A stretch of DNA of 64,000 bases from Vicugna vicugna. Lineage: Eukaryota. The position numbers and the translations under genes were made by a program. The notes under the pieces were generated by a model, which ran no database searches, was not told the origin of the DNA, and saw only the letters and a list, made by a program, of their open reading frames with translations. The DNA is taken from NCBI GenBank assembly GCA_013265495.1, contig MU058065.1:6572302-6636301 (forward strand). Reading direction: 5' to 3'. Shown here in pieces: positions 24,632 through 37,419 of the stretch (positions are counted from its first letter, which is position 1; every line of letters begins with the position of its first letter).

Positions 24632-25933
24632 GTAAATAGTATCTTTTGATATTTTCACATAACTAAATTTTATATATCATAGATAATTGTACTTGCAGTT
24701 GATTTCTGTAAGGCAGAGTTTCAACAACAAATATTTATAAATAGCATTTATTTTTAAAAACTTGTTAAGTCTAATTATTAACCAATTGTAGAAGAAAATT
24801 AGCTTCTCATAGATTATACATCTAACTCAACAGCAAGTGTTTTAGACAACCTTGAAGCAGTTATTTGTAAACAAATATTAATTTGAAGCATATAAAGTGA
24901 TACATGCTAAAATTTGGTAATGTGAATCAAAATTGGAGACATTATGTAAGTTAGTATACTAAGATCTGAGGACTGAAAAAATACTCTTTGCTTCTCCTTA
25001 GGTTATATGTACGCTGTTACAAACAAAAAGGGAGGGGAGACATGTTTATTCAAAGCTATAGAGATATAAATAAATATTTGCATATGTAATACACCATTAC
25101 AGATACTCAGAAAGTTTCTGGGGCATAATTGAACCTGTTGTATAGCAGTCCTTATAACTAATGGAAACTTGCCAAGATCACTCATTGTCTATATAGTAGT
25201 AGTTCTTGTTTTGTTGTAACAAATAGGCAGGATTGTCTTCCTAAGATTGAAAAAAAAAAGTCTGTTCTTTAAATGATGAACATTCAGCTCCACCCAAAGA
25301 TAAATATTCTGCTTTTCTTTTTGTTTTAATCATTCCTTACTATTCCTGTTATTATCATAGAATTTGAAGCTTTTCCTATGTATCTTTTACCCCCATTTTT
25401 TAAGGATTTCTTGTTTCAGTTTTCTCTAGGTAATGATATCCACCCCAAACTTTGGTCCTTTTAGAGCAGTTGTTCTTAGTGGGCTGTCACCAGAAGATTG
25501 AGTTCCATTATAAGAAAGGGGTAGAGTTACACCTAACAGACCAGGAACTCCGCCTAACCTGAAGGTGATCTTATCTAATGCTATGGCCAAATGTTAAAGT
25601 CTGGATATACTCTTGGCAGTGGTTCTTGTGTATCCATGGGGAAAAGGTTGAGAATCTGCTACTATAGTTTAGTTACTATCATAAATTGAGATGTTTCCTT
25701 GGTAAAAAAGGAAATTAGGAATTCTGAAACAGGGCATGATATTTTAAGATAAACTCTATTTTGAGGATTAGGTCTTAATTTAGTAAGGTTTGTGATTCTA
25801 GATACAACATTTAAGCTGGTCGGAGTTGCCATTCCACTGAACTACTATGACTAGAGAAGATTATTAGCATTTAAATGGGGCAGTGCTAATTCAACTTCAT
25901 GCTTCTTTATTTTTCCCTCTTGGCTTTTTACAG

Positions 25934-26013
25934 GCGGAAGAACTTGAGTATTCCTGTGAGAAGTGTGGCGGGAAGTGTGCTCTTGTTAGGCACAAATTTA
26001 ACAGGCTACCAAG
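25934..26013 (+). CDS. USP37: USP37 coding exon (AEELEYSCEKCGGKCALVRHKFNRLPR)
   Basis: Second CxxC of the USP finger subdomain; AG/GT boundaries, 80 nt. Confidence 0.96.
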
Positions 26014-28390
26014 GTAAAATTAATTGGTTCTTCAGTTCTTCTTCTTTCAAGTACTTAGAAATATTACTGAATAAGTGAGGCTTATCAGATGGATTATAAA
26101 GAAGGTCAGCAAAGCTGAGCTATGAAGAGGGTAGAGAATGGAAAGTTAGAATGCTCTTGTATAAGAAAGGATTTGGAATATAAAAGAAGAGAAGGAACTT
26201 GAGAGGCCGAAGAAGGTGGCAAGGAGATGATGAGGCTGGTGAGACTTTGAAATAATGTTGGGAACTAACTACCAAGTTTTTAATTCAATAATGTGTAATT
26301 CTCAGTTATAATTTGTTGTGCTGTAGTTTGCCTCTCTTATCCCAAACCGTTAGTAAAAATATCTGCTACAGGCATGTACACATGTGTGCTTGAAAATAAA
26401 ATAGGAAGAGTAATTTTTTGCAGTTTGTGTATTTCTCTTTTCAGAGGATTTTGTTAACTTTGTAAGTTTCCTATAGTAAGAATTCTGAATTAGAAATGAA
26501 GTTAATTTATATTGGATTCTGTATAAATAAACATAAAACCAAACTAAGTAGAAAAATTATGATGTAATTATAGAATAGCTTTTAGTTCTTTCCAAGAATA
26601 GGTCTCAACTGCAAACGAGGTTATTATTAACATTAAGTATTTATATGGCACTTTGCCTGCAGAGTGCTCTACTTTCTTTCAGTAGCTTCAATTTTCTATG
26701 AGTATGTGTGGAGTTTCTGGAACCTAGCCCGTGGAGACTAGTTCTTTTCCATTCTGTAATCTGTGCCTTTCTAGAAAATGACTTTCTTTTAAAGAAATGA
26801 CTTTATAAATCATAGACGTATAATCATGTTGACCATAGTCTATATTTTTACTTTAAAGACTTGTTCTTTCCTATTTGTGAGTATTTTAAGGCGAGAGGGT
26901 AGGGGGAATAAATCTTGAGGAAAAGGATTGATTGTTATCAGCTGTCACTAAGGAAACCAGGGTACAATTAAAAGTACCTGTTTGACCTGGAAAGCTAAAT
27001 ATCCATTCTCTTTCCCATAGTCTAGCTGTTTGGTCTTTAAAGTGGAAAAAAAAATGCTGAGGGCAGTTTTTCTCCTTGATTTTTTTTTTCCCCTGGTAGG
27101 TCACATGTCATAAAGCTTAGTTTATTCCAAACTTACATGAAATAGAAGAAGCCTTTGTATCATAAATCCTAATTACTGGACTTGCTCTGTTTTTGTTCAT
27201 TTTGGTATTAAACAATCTACTTTTATTCTTGAAGAGCCTGATATCTATCAGATTTGTTCATTTTTAGTTTATCTCATCTTTACAGATCAGTGATTTTGAC
27301 TATTTCATATTACCTTTTATTTTGATAATATGATTTTGGTAGGATTTTTTTGTGCAAATTTTGTGGGATCATTTGAAAATTTGGTCAAAATATTTGACAT
27401 TTGACATTCATTTTGGTCTCTTCACATTAATTGTATCCTTGTGTTCTCTCAAGTTGTAAATTTGAAGGCTATGAATTCTAGCATTTTTTTTTAAAGAGAA
27501 ATATAATCAATAACTTCGGTTTACAGATTTTTGAGTTTGTGGCTTCTGTGATAAAGGTATATACGGTAAGAAAGGAAACAGCTTTTCCATAAATCAGACA
27601 TTATTTTTGCCTAGAATTGAGGTCTCTTCCTGTAAGAGTTCTGAAATTCAATTTTTAAAGTGTAACTAATTGTGGGCTGTGAAAAATTTTAGGCCCATCA
27701 GACAGAGATTGTGTTCTATATTAGAGGTGAAAAGGTTGCTACAATAACTAAAAAGAAGTGTTTCTACAAAGCTAAAAGGCTTTTCAGGCCCACAAACCAG
27801 ATTGTGCATGTACGTTTTGTAGAACTTTTTTCTAAGTGGAGAAAATTTTTTTTACTTCTCACTTACCTTTCTCTAGAGAAAGTGCTACCAAAATAAGAAT
27901 AGTTCTTGTCAAAAATCATCCTGAAAAAAATTAATATTCACTGTCAAATGTAAGGACTGTTTAATAATTTGATTAAATTACTATTTGTGGTTAAATGGCA
28001 TCCAGTTTTTTTGTAAACTATATAACATTGAAATAAATAATTCAAGAATGTGACTCAATATCAATACCAATATTTTAAAATTTAGTTTTCTTGTCTGATA
28101 TGTTTTGTCTGATTTTTTTTTCTAGGAACAATATAAGTATTTTACCCAAACTTCATTAATCCACGCAGTGCCTGTGTTTTATTTTTATCTGTATTCTTAT
28201 TACCTTACTAGCGCAGTGCCTACCACATGGCAGGTATTTAGTAAATGTTCTTTGAAGGATCTTTAGTTTGGCATAATGTATTGAGTCAAAAGCTGTCTAA
28301 TATGGTTAGTTATGGTGATGTCTTTTCACCTGTAAGAGAGCTACCTCCATTTTGTATGAACTAGTGATGTCATCTTCTCTTGTTTTTTAG

Positions 28391-28555
28391 GATCCTCATT
28401 CTTCATTTGAAACGATACAGCTTCAATGTTGCTCTCTCACTTAACAACAAGATTGGGCAGCAAGTCATCATTCCAAGATACCTGACCCTGTCATCTCATT
28501 GCACTGAAAATACAAAACCACCCTTCAACCTTGGCTGGAGTGCACAGATGGCAAT
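28391..28555 (+). CDS. USP37: USP37 coding exon (ILILHLKRYSFNVALSLNNKIGQQVIIPRYLTLSSHCTENTKPPFNLGWSAQMA)
   Basis: USP LPxxLxLHLKR motif; AG/GTAAGT boundaries, 165 nt. Confidence 0.96.
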
Positions 28556-29810
28556 GTAAGTCTCTGAGAATTTCCTTACTTTCTGTTTTGAAGTAGAAAA
28601 GCTATTAGTATCTGATCAAAAGAATGAAAAGGCTTAGAAAGAATAATCAGTACATATATGTAAACTTAAAAAAATGGGCAGTATACTGTATGTATGTATT
28701 TACATGCAATATAATGTGTATGTGCAGTTGAACTGTAATAATTCTACCTAATAAAACTGAAAAAGGAAAAAAAATAAAAAAAGAAAAAAGAGAATGAACT
28801 AGGTAACTTGACTCCAGGTAGAATCAGACCAGTAAAGAGATTTTAATTTTGCTTTATTTTGTGATTTTGTGCTAAATTACTGCCTGATTTAAGTAATTGA
28901 ATAAAATGCTTAAAAATTTTCAACATATGTTAGTTGCCTTTCATAATGTTACCTTTTGAGGAAGTGCTTCTTACTCTTTTAGATCAGTGGAGGAAGACAG
29001 TTTGATACATTTGGGAAACATAAACCAAATTTGCATGATCTTAAGAGTCACCTGAGCACTAAAAATACTGATTCCTATATTTTTATTCCTTAGAAGTTCT
29101 GTTTTAGCAAATCTGATATATGGCTTGGGAATCAATATTTTTAACAAATGCCTTTGCTGACTCTTTGGGGTATACAAACTTGAGAAACAGTATACTAAAT
29201 ATTATGCTGGGGCCCCCAGAATAGATTGTGTCTTCATAAATGTACCAGTGAAATAGTGAAGTGAAGAACTTCAGTGGCTCCCAGAAATTCTTCCATGAGA
29301 AAAGAAGTAACCTTCACTTTTGATTTTGCTTCATGAATGCTGGGAAAACCTTAAGACTTCTGAATGTTGCTCATTCTTCTGCATACTTGCATAACTTTGA
29401 GCCATGTATTATAGTTCTTTTTTATACTTGAACACTAGTTTGGTAGAATCATAAAGTTCTAGAACTTTAGAGGTGGAAGGGATTTCAGAGATTTTGTTTA
29501 AATTCTTAATTTTATAGAGGAGATCTGAGGAGGTTTTAAGTGATTTTCTTAATAAGCTCATACAGTTAGTAACTGAAAGAGCCAAGTCTCTTGGCTAAAG
29601 TGGAATAATAGATATTTCAGAAAGTAAATGAATATTTGCTAACATGAATTGATGGAGTTTTGTAAAATTATTTCCCCTTGGATTAATAATTGAAAATATA
29701 TTCTACATTGTATAAGTTTACACTAAAGGCCTCAATGGGTCAATAACAGCGTGTTCCCAGGTTTTCTCTTACAGCCTTTCTTTAGAATAGATGTTTTTGC
29801 TTGATGCAGA

Positions 29811-29825
29811 CTGCCCTCTGCTGGT
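29811..29825 (-). promoter_or_regulatory. Candidate CTCF core motif
   Basis: Minus strand reads ACCAGCAGAGGGCAG, matching CCASYAGRKGGCRS. Motif match only. Confidence 0.4.
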
Positions 29826-29879
29826 AGAGCTAGTACTCTTTCTGCAGTAGTACTATATCAAACCATCAGCCAAGGCTCT

Positions 29880-30075
29880 TTATGATCACAGGCCTGAAAC
29901 CAGGCTGTCTGACTCCACAGTTTAATAGCTTTAAGACTTTGGACAAATTCCTTGACCTGTCTCTAGGGAAAATAAAAGGGTGGTTGTAAACATTACATGA
30001 GATAATACACATGAGTCCTTACTACAGTGCCTAACATCTAGTAAGTCCTTAATAAATGAAAGCTATTGTTATTTT
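29880..30075 (+). mobile_element. MIR SINE
   Basis: TTGGACAAATTCCTTGACCTGTCTCT...ATGAGATAATACACATGA...ACAGTGCCTAACATCTAGTAAGTCCTTAATAAATG. Confidence 0.7.
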
Positions 30076-30356
30076 ATTGCTTAAAAGTAAAGAACTGAGA
30101 CAAGAGAATTTTCTTAAGTTGTTCTTTTCATATGCATTGTATTTGACTTCATTTCAGTGTTGTTTATTTAGATCATTAGATAGGGGAGAGCCTAGAGAAA
30201 GTATTTTGTTTTCTCTTTTGCTAGTAAAAGTATTACAGTTGTTTGCTTTTCAAGAGAATATATAAGGGACTATAATACAAAATAATTCATTTTATAAGTT
30301 AAACATTCTTTTAGTAATGTAATTTTTACATTATATATTTTCTAATTTTCTGATAG

Positions 30357-30422
30357 TTCTAGACCATTGAAAGCCTCTCAGATGGTGAATTCCTGCATCA
30401 CCAGCCCTTCTACACCTTCAAA
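30357..30422 (+). CDS. USP37: USP37 coding exon (SRPLKASQMVNSCITSPSTPSK) containing the S628-equivalent CDK site
   Basis: AG/GTGAGT boundaries, 66 nt; counting from the catalytic Cys as 350 places the SP serine (30403..30405) at 628. Confidence 0.94.
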
Positions 30423-33134
30423 GTGAGTTATATTTCTTGTGTACCCAAAATCTGTTTTTAAGGATTTGTCTTACCCCGATTTCCAGGATTATCCCCTCCC
30501 CTTTTCTTAATTGTCTGTCTTTTTTTGCATGATAACTGCTCTGCATTACTATACTTCAGAATTTTCCTGAATCTGCTTTAAACTAATCTAGGGTGTAACA
30601 AGTTTTTAACAATGGAGCAAGTTCGGGTGATCCTCTCAAAATTTTGTTTCAAAACTTCTTAAATCATCTGTTAATGTGTAGTATTTTCATCCTACAACTC
30701 TAGAAATTGATGACAAGGAATTTTAAGGTTTGAAGGATTAAAATAACTCCTAGTGATATAAAGCACCATTTTTCAAATATACACATGGAGATCCCAAAAG
30801 GTCTTTTCACCTGTTGTTAGCCAGTGTGGGACTTCTTATCTTAGAAACTGAACTGGATCTATTCTGAAAGGGGACAGGAAAACAAGTACACACTGGAATG
30901 TAGCTGTTCTCCGAATGTTTTATGTTTTTTGCTTAAGACCAAAAGTTTGTTGAAGAAGGAAGCAAATACTTTTTTTTAATATACCACCTCTATGATTTGA
31001 GTAGAACCCACAATTCCTGATTAGACATTTCTAAATGACTTGGTTGTCATTCGTCTTTGAAATTAGTTTTTCTAAAAATTTGATGTCCCAAAGTACTTTT
31101 AGAAAAGAGACACTTTTGTTGTTTAAGGGCTTTTGGGGGGCTTATATAACCACAAAATGACATTTGGGAACTGCTATTTTCTCTTCCTCCTGTTAATTAT
31201 TTTTCAGTGCAATTAAAACCAGATGACTAACTGACTAGAAATCTGAAATGGTACCGATATGAATACTCTTGCCCGTTCTCAAGATACAAATGAGCAATAC
31301 CACTTGGCTGCTTAGAAAGTGAGCAAGTGATGCATTTACAGGATGAATATTTTTCCTTACTACAGGCAAGCTGCCTTCTGTGAATATAGTAACTATTAAT
31401 GGAATGCACTCTTTATGTACCAAATCACTATAGTTTCAAGAAAGAGATGGTTTCATTGGGCATCATTATATTTGGCATGGTCATCTGTTCTCCAGGGTCT
31501 ACTGGTATGAGAATTTGAGAGTTCTTCAGTAAAGGATGCTTAGGCCCTAGAAGACCTGTCATGCCGATCAAACTTAAAAGAGGCTGAGTTATGAACCAGA
31601 ATACCATTGGTTCTTCTGTAATGTCCTTTATTGCATTTGACCCTGGTATTAGTAGCCAGGTGTCACCCTCCTTCAGCAAAGTATTTACATAGATAAATAA
31701 ATCAGTATGTTCAGTTTTGCTTGGTGAGCATGAAATCAGAAGTGAAGAATTAAGATGGCTAATTGGCTACTTCTAAGTTGTACTAAAAACCCTTTTGGAC
31801 CTATAATGGGAGGTTATTCAATTGTTCATGCTGAAGTGCAGTGATATCCTGGCTGCTCTCAGCCAAAGACTATGGTTGAGCCTATCGCTGACCACTTGCC
31901 TCTTTTCTTTGATCTACATTGCTGTGCAATCCTCCTGGTTTCCATTGTGGCCTCTTATTTCTTGGTGCCATCATTCTATATGTTTATTTACAGTTTTTCA
32001 CATTTAGATTAATTGCATTTTTTCCAATTTCCATTTTACATTTTTTTTTTAGTACATGAATTTATGTTGACCTTCATCAAAGAAAGTTTGTGCTTTTTGA
32101 CCTTTACCACTTCTTCCTTTACTTTATTTTCAGCTCACTTAGAAGACAACACAGTAACACCTTACTTATCTGGTATCATTGAAGAATAGTATTTGATAAT
32201 TCAGATAAATGAATTTTTATATAACTGAAGCTTGCCTTTTTAAGCATTGCCTTTTTAATTTTAATCTTTAAATTTTTAAATAATTTTAGTTATATCTTTA
32301 TAACCTTAGAGAATTCCTTATATTGTTAAATTAAATATACTGAAGATAATTTGAATATATTGTAATGACTTAAAATCAGCATTATGAATACCAGTTATTG
32401 CACTGTGTTTTAATATGATAATGTGCTCAGAGGCTCTTAATTCTTACAAGACAGTTTACATTAAATTACTTTATAGTTCTTTATTGCCCTTTTTGTGTGA
32501 TTATTCTCTCTCATTTCTTAGCTCTCATTTCTTGATGAACTTGCTACATTATTTTATACATCATTTCCTGGGGAAGAAGGGTTCCTGTCTAAAGAGTAAA
32601 GTGCATGGGCTTTGAAACTACTGCCTTCCTCAGAAGCCTTTTTTCTTACTTTTGAATCCCTGTGTTCTAGAAAGTAGAAGTTACCAGGAGTCTGGCCTAC
32701 ATGTAATTGGATAAGTGGAATGTTACTGTTGATTTCAGAGTACATGGATCATAATTTAAAGATCAAAAATTAGTCCTCATGCACTCTAAACATATTCATT
32801 ACTATGTCTGCATGCATTCAGTAGAGTACTTGCTTTATAAAGACAGTAACAAACTTCTATGGAGTTGATCATTAAAAGAAAAAAGGCACAAAGTGATTGG
32901 TTTACTGATGATATATAATAGCATAAGAGTTGTCTGATTTTCAAAGCATGGCTCTTTTGGAGCGGGGCAAAGGTAATGCTTAAATATACCTCTTTTGATA
33001 TGTCTTTTTATCTCTGTTAAATCATTCTCCATAATGGAAAAGCTTTTTGTTTTATTTTGGTATTTATACTTCAGAAGAATAATAAGGACAAATGTTTATC
33101 AGATTTATATAGGGTTTTTTCCCTTGAATTACAG

Positions 33135-33276
33135 GAATTTCACCTTCAAGTCCAAGAGCTCTGTGGCTTTATGCCTTGATTCAGACAGTGAGGATGAGCT
33201 AAAACGCTCTGTGGCCCTTAGCCAGAGACTTTGTGAAATATCAGGCAGTGAACAGCAGCAGGAAGACCTGGAAAAA
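33135..33276 (+). CDS. USP37: USP37 coding exon (NFTFKSKSSVALCLDSDSEDELKRSVALSQRLCEISGSEQQQEDLEK)
   Basis: AG/GTAAGT boundaries, 142 nt, in frame. Confidence 0.95.
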
Positions 33277-33457
33277 GTAAGTAATTCTTCATCAAACTAG
33301 CTGACTGTCCAAACCAAATGCCTTTCATAACCACCATTAGCAAACTTAATACACAAGATAGATTATAAACTTACTGAATCTGTTCAGGTGCTTGTTTTAA
33401 AGAATGTGCTTTTTATAACTACAAAACCAGTCTGTTTAAAGGTTTGAGCATTGAGAC

Positions 33458-34074
33458 TTGTTTTTAATTGAGATATAATTGACATACAACATTGTATTAG
33501 TTTCAAGTGTACAACATAATGGTATATGATATTTGTATATATTGCAAGATGATCACCACAATAAATCTACTCAACATTGTCACCATACATGTTACCAAAA
33601 AATTTTTTTTTCTTGTGAATGAGAACTTTCAGATAGATGTACTTCTCTTAACAACTTTCAAATATGCAATACAATATTATTAATTATAGTCATCATTATA
33701 GTGTACATTACATTCCTGTGACTTATTTACTTTATAACTGGAAGTTTGTACTTTTTTGCCCTCTCACCCATTTCACTCACTCCCCAGCCCACACTTCTGG
33801 CAACCACTAATCTGTTCTCTGTATCTGTAAGCTTAGTTTTTTTGTTTGTTTTTTAGATTCCACGTATAAGTGAGATCATACAGTATTTGTCTTTCAGTAG
33901 ATAACTTGTTTCCCTCAAGGTCCATTCATGTCATCTCAAATGGAAGATTTCATTCTTTTCTGTGACTGAATAATGTTCCTCTGTGTGTGTGGGGGAGGTA
34001 TATTTGTGGGTATATATATGCCACATCTTCTTTATCCATTCATCCATCCAGTGGACACTTGGGCTGTTTCCAGG
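33458..34074 (-). mobile_element. L1MA9-like 3' end, antisense
   Basis: TTGAGATATAATTGACATACAACATTGTATTAGTTTCAAGTGTACAACAT...; possible TSD ATTGAGAC at 33450..33457 and 34075..34082. Confidence 0.8.
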
Positions 34075-34451
34075 ATTGAGACATTTAAGAAATGAAAGTT
34101 GTTGTAGATAAATTGCTTTCTCTTATTAACCTTCAGAGCTACTTTTGCATATTGGTCCTAAAATAATTTCTTGCTTTACTTTGATACTAATTATTAATAT
34201 GAGAGAACCGTAGTAAACGTTTTACATCAACAGGCCAACCAGGTAATCTAAAGGTAAATAAGGGCTGTGAAGGCACAACTACATCATCTTTCCTGACACA
34301 AAATGATAATTAATATTTTGAAGATACAGGCATTTTTTAGGAGTTTGTGTCATCTCATGTGACTGATTTTAAACCTCCCTTTTGTAAGATAACAGTTATT
34401 TTAATAGTTATTTTCTTGTTCAGACTGTTTCCCATCTTTAAAGCTAGTTTG

Positions 34452-34580
34452 GTGGGGGAAGGTATAGCTCAAGTGGTAGAGTGCATGACTAGTATATACA
34501 AGGTCCTGGGTTCAATACCCCTAGTACCTCCTCCAAAAATAAATAAGTAAACCTAACAACCCCTCCAAAGAAATCAAATG
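34452..34580 (+). mobile_element. Camelid-type tRNA-derived SINE
   Basis: A/B boxes and tail; TSD TAAA(G/C)CTAGTTTG at 34439..34451 and 34581..34593. Confidence 0.9.
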
Positions 34581-35136
34581 TAAACCTAGTTTGTAGTTGC
34601 TCACCTTGAATGAGAAATGACAAAGTAAAATTCTCCCAGAAATGAGAGAAGGTTATTCAGAAAATAACTTCTGAGTACTTATATAATCTTGATACAGTTT
34701 TTATTTTTCTCATTTGTTAAAAAAAATGATCAAGACCTGGCAACACTTTTAAAAGAATACTAGGTGTAGTGACAGAATATTTACAGTATAATCCACATAT
34801 ATCCGGAAGAAAATATACCAACAAATACTTAATAGTAATTATCTCTGAGTGATGGATTTTGAGTGAATTTATTATTTTTATGTATTTTCCAAATCTCTAC
34901 AAGGAGTGTATTTAACACTTATTATAATCAATAATATAAACATTTATCCTTATATAGTTATTATTAAAGGAAAATTAGGCTTGCCAGTGAGTTTATATAC
35001 TGGTTATTTGGTTGTTAAATAACCCACAGCATCAAAGAAAGGAAACCCTTGAGAAGTAAACATATCAACTTGAAACTCTAAGATGACTGTACTTGTAGGC
35101 ATTCTCATTTCCTCTAAAAGCAGCTCTCTTCTTCAG

Positions 35137-35392
35137 GATTCAAAATTATGCAGAATAGAACCTGATAAGTCTGAATTGGAAAACTCAGGATTTGATGGAA
35201 TGAGTGAAGAAGAGCTTCTAGCAGCTGTTTTAGAGATAAGTAAAAGAGAAGCATCACCATCTCTGAGTCATGAAGATGATGATAAACCAACTAGCAGCCC
35301 TGATACTGGATTTGCAGATGATGATATTCAAGAAATACCTGAAAATCCAGATCCTATGGAAACTGAGAAGCCAAAAACAGTCACAGAGCCTG
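35137..35392 (+). CDS. USP37: USP37 coding exon containing UIM1 (SEEELLAAVLEISKRE)
   Basis: AG/GTAAGT boundaries, 256 nt; UIM consensus. Confidence 0.96.
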
Positions 35393-37419
35393 GTAAGTTT
35401 CATGAAGATAAACGTTTGTTAAACAAGGCACAGCTGTGTTCCAAAGCCTTATAGAATGGGGGGTAGATGGATCTGTATAACAGCTAATATTTTTATGCTT
35501 TTTTTTTAACAGTTAAAATATTAAGAAGTAAATGTTGTGAGTAGTAACCAGAGGCTACTTGTAAAGTATGTCATATCTCTAGTATACATCTAAAGAAAAG
35601 TTAGTATTCTTGTGCATTTAAAAAATGTTTGTGTCAGTTTTGGGTCTCACCACTGCTGTCTCAGAAATTTGTATAATTCTTTCTTCATTTTTTAGTATCT
35701 GAAATTTTACCAAGTTTTAGTGTGTAAATAACTCAAGTTCCCCTTTCTGCTTTGGGTTCATCCCTTCATAATGGTAGAAAGACCACTGAACTAAGAGGGA
35801 GGGTCTTGGGCCTCTAGTCTTAGCTATCCCACTTACTAGTTATGAATTTCTTAATAGGTAATTTAACCTCTTTGATACTCAGTTTTCTTATCTCTGTGTG
35901 GGGATCTACCAGACATACTTCAGGTGGTTGTGAATAGAACGTTAGATAGTATATACTTATTATGTAAAGTGCTATACAGATAAAAAATTACTTTGTGGTA
36001 ATTATTCATATTTTGTTACTTCTCAAGCTATCACTATGAACAACAGAGCTGAGCCTCCTTGCCTTGCAATATGGATATTTTAAGATTTTTTAAAGTAGAA
36101 CATTTTCACTGCCCCTTTCTGTGCCCAAGTTTTTTTCTTCTCATATCCTTAGCATCTGTATTTAGGTAGCTAGCTAATGTGTTTCAGTTTATCAAGCCTA
36201 GGATTTTGGAGATGAAGAGAATACTAGTATATCACAAAATAATTTTCTGTATCCTTGAATTATTTTATGTGCAAGTGATGTAAGAATTAATATATTCTCA
36301 ATTTAATTTGTAACAAAAGCTAATGATTTTTGTATATAGGTGTTTCTGTTTTTTTCTTCTTGATGCAAGTATCTTTATGAAGTCCCTTTCTCTTACTAAA
36401 CTTATAATCACTGCCCTTAGATGTCATTGGTTAATGTTAGTGCTTTTGTCCCATGCCGATTAATTTCCTGCTTTCAGCTCTTCCTTTCAGTTCTTTGGTC
36501 AGTTCTACATCTCCCTAAACTCAATAAAGGAAGTTAGTCTTTGTACAATTAGTTCTAGATTATCTATGCCAATGGAGGAGAACACTAAGATTATCAGATC
36601 ATTAATAATCATAGATTATCAAAATATTAATAACTCTAGCAGCTTTAGGAAGAACAAACTTATGAATAAGGTTTTTATATCTTTATATAAGATCCTTTAA
36701 TTTTTAGTTGCCATCTTCCTCACTTGGATGCAGGCCATTATTATATTTCCTGTTTCTTTAAACTAATCATTCCATTGACCTTCTTACTGTAACTGAAATC
36801 TAAAAACATTGCTTATTCTGCAATTTTTTTTAACTTATAGAAAATATTGAGCAAAAATAAAAGTAGAGAAATGAGTATAATGAACCTTCCCCCTTGTACC
36901 CATTATTGACAGTAAGCCAATCTTGTTTCATCTATATCCCAGCCTCCTTCTCCATCCTGTCCCTTGGGTTGTTTAGAAGTGAATCCCAGGTATTAGATCA
37001 TTTCATCAGTAAGGATTTCAGTATCACTGAAAGATAAGAACTCTTCAAAAAAAAAAAATATATATATATATATCTCCTCAATCTCATTATCATACTTTAA
37101 AAGTTAATCATTCTAAGGAATGATCAGATATGATCAAACCTTCAATAACTTTTTTATTTTGAAAATTTCAAATCCAAAGATGAGTTGAAGAATAAAACAG
37201 TAAACAAACTTATACCCTTCACATATATTCATTAATCAACATTTGGTCACATTTGCTTTCTCTCCCTTCCACTCCCCGTGTGTATGTGTATTTGTGCAGC
37301 AGTTACCCCAAAATTAGTACCTTAAAATAACAATAATTTTAATATCTCATAATTCTATGGATTGACTGTCTTAGCTGATAGTTTTCCTGCTCCATGGGAT
37401 GTTGGCTGGGCCTGCACCA

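Noticed and set aside
25466..25662. Possible hAT-type element with CAGTTGTTCTT...TTGAGAATCTG ends
   Set aside because: I could not assign a family or confirm the TIRs by eye.
35116..35136. Extra AG dinucleotides upstream of the UIM1 exon acceptor
   Set aside because: Using them would frameshift, and the AG at 35135..35136 has the adjacent pyrimidine tract and correct phase.
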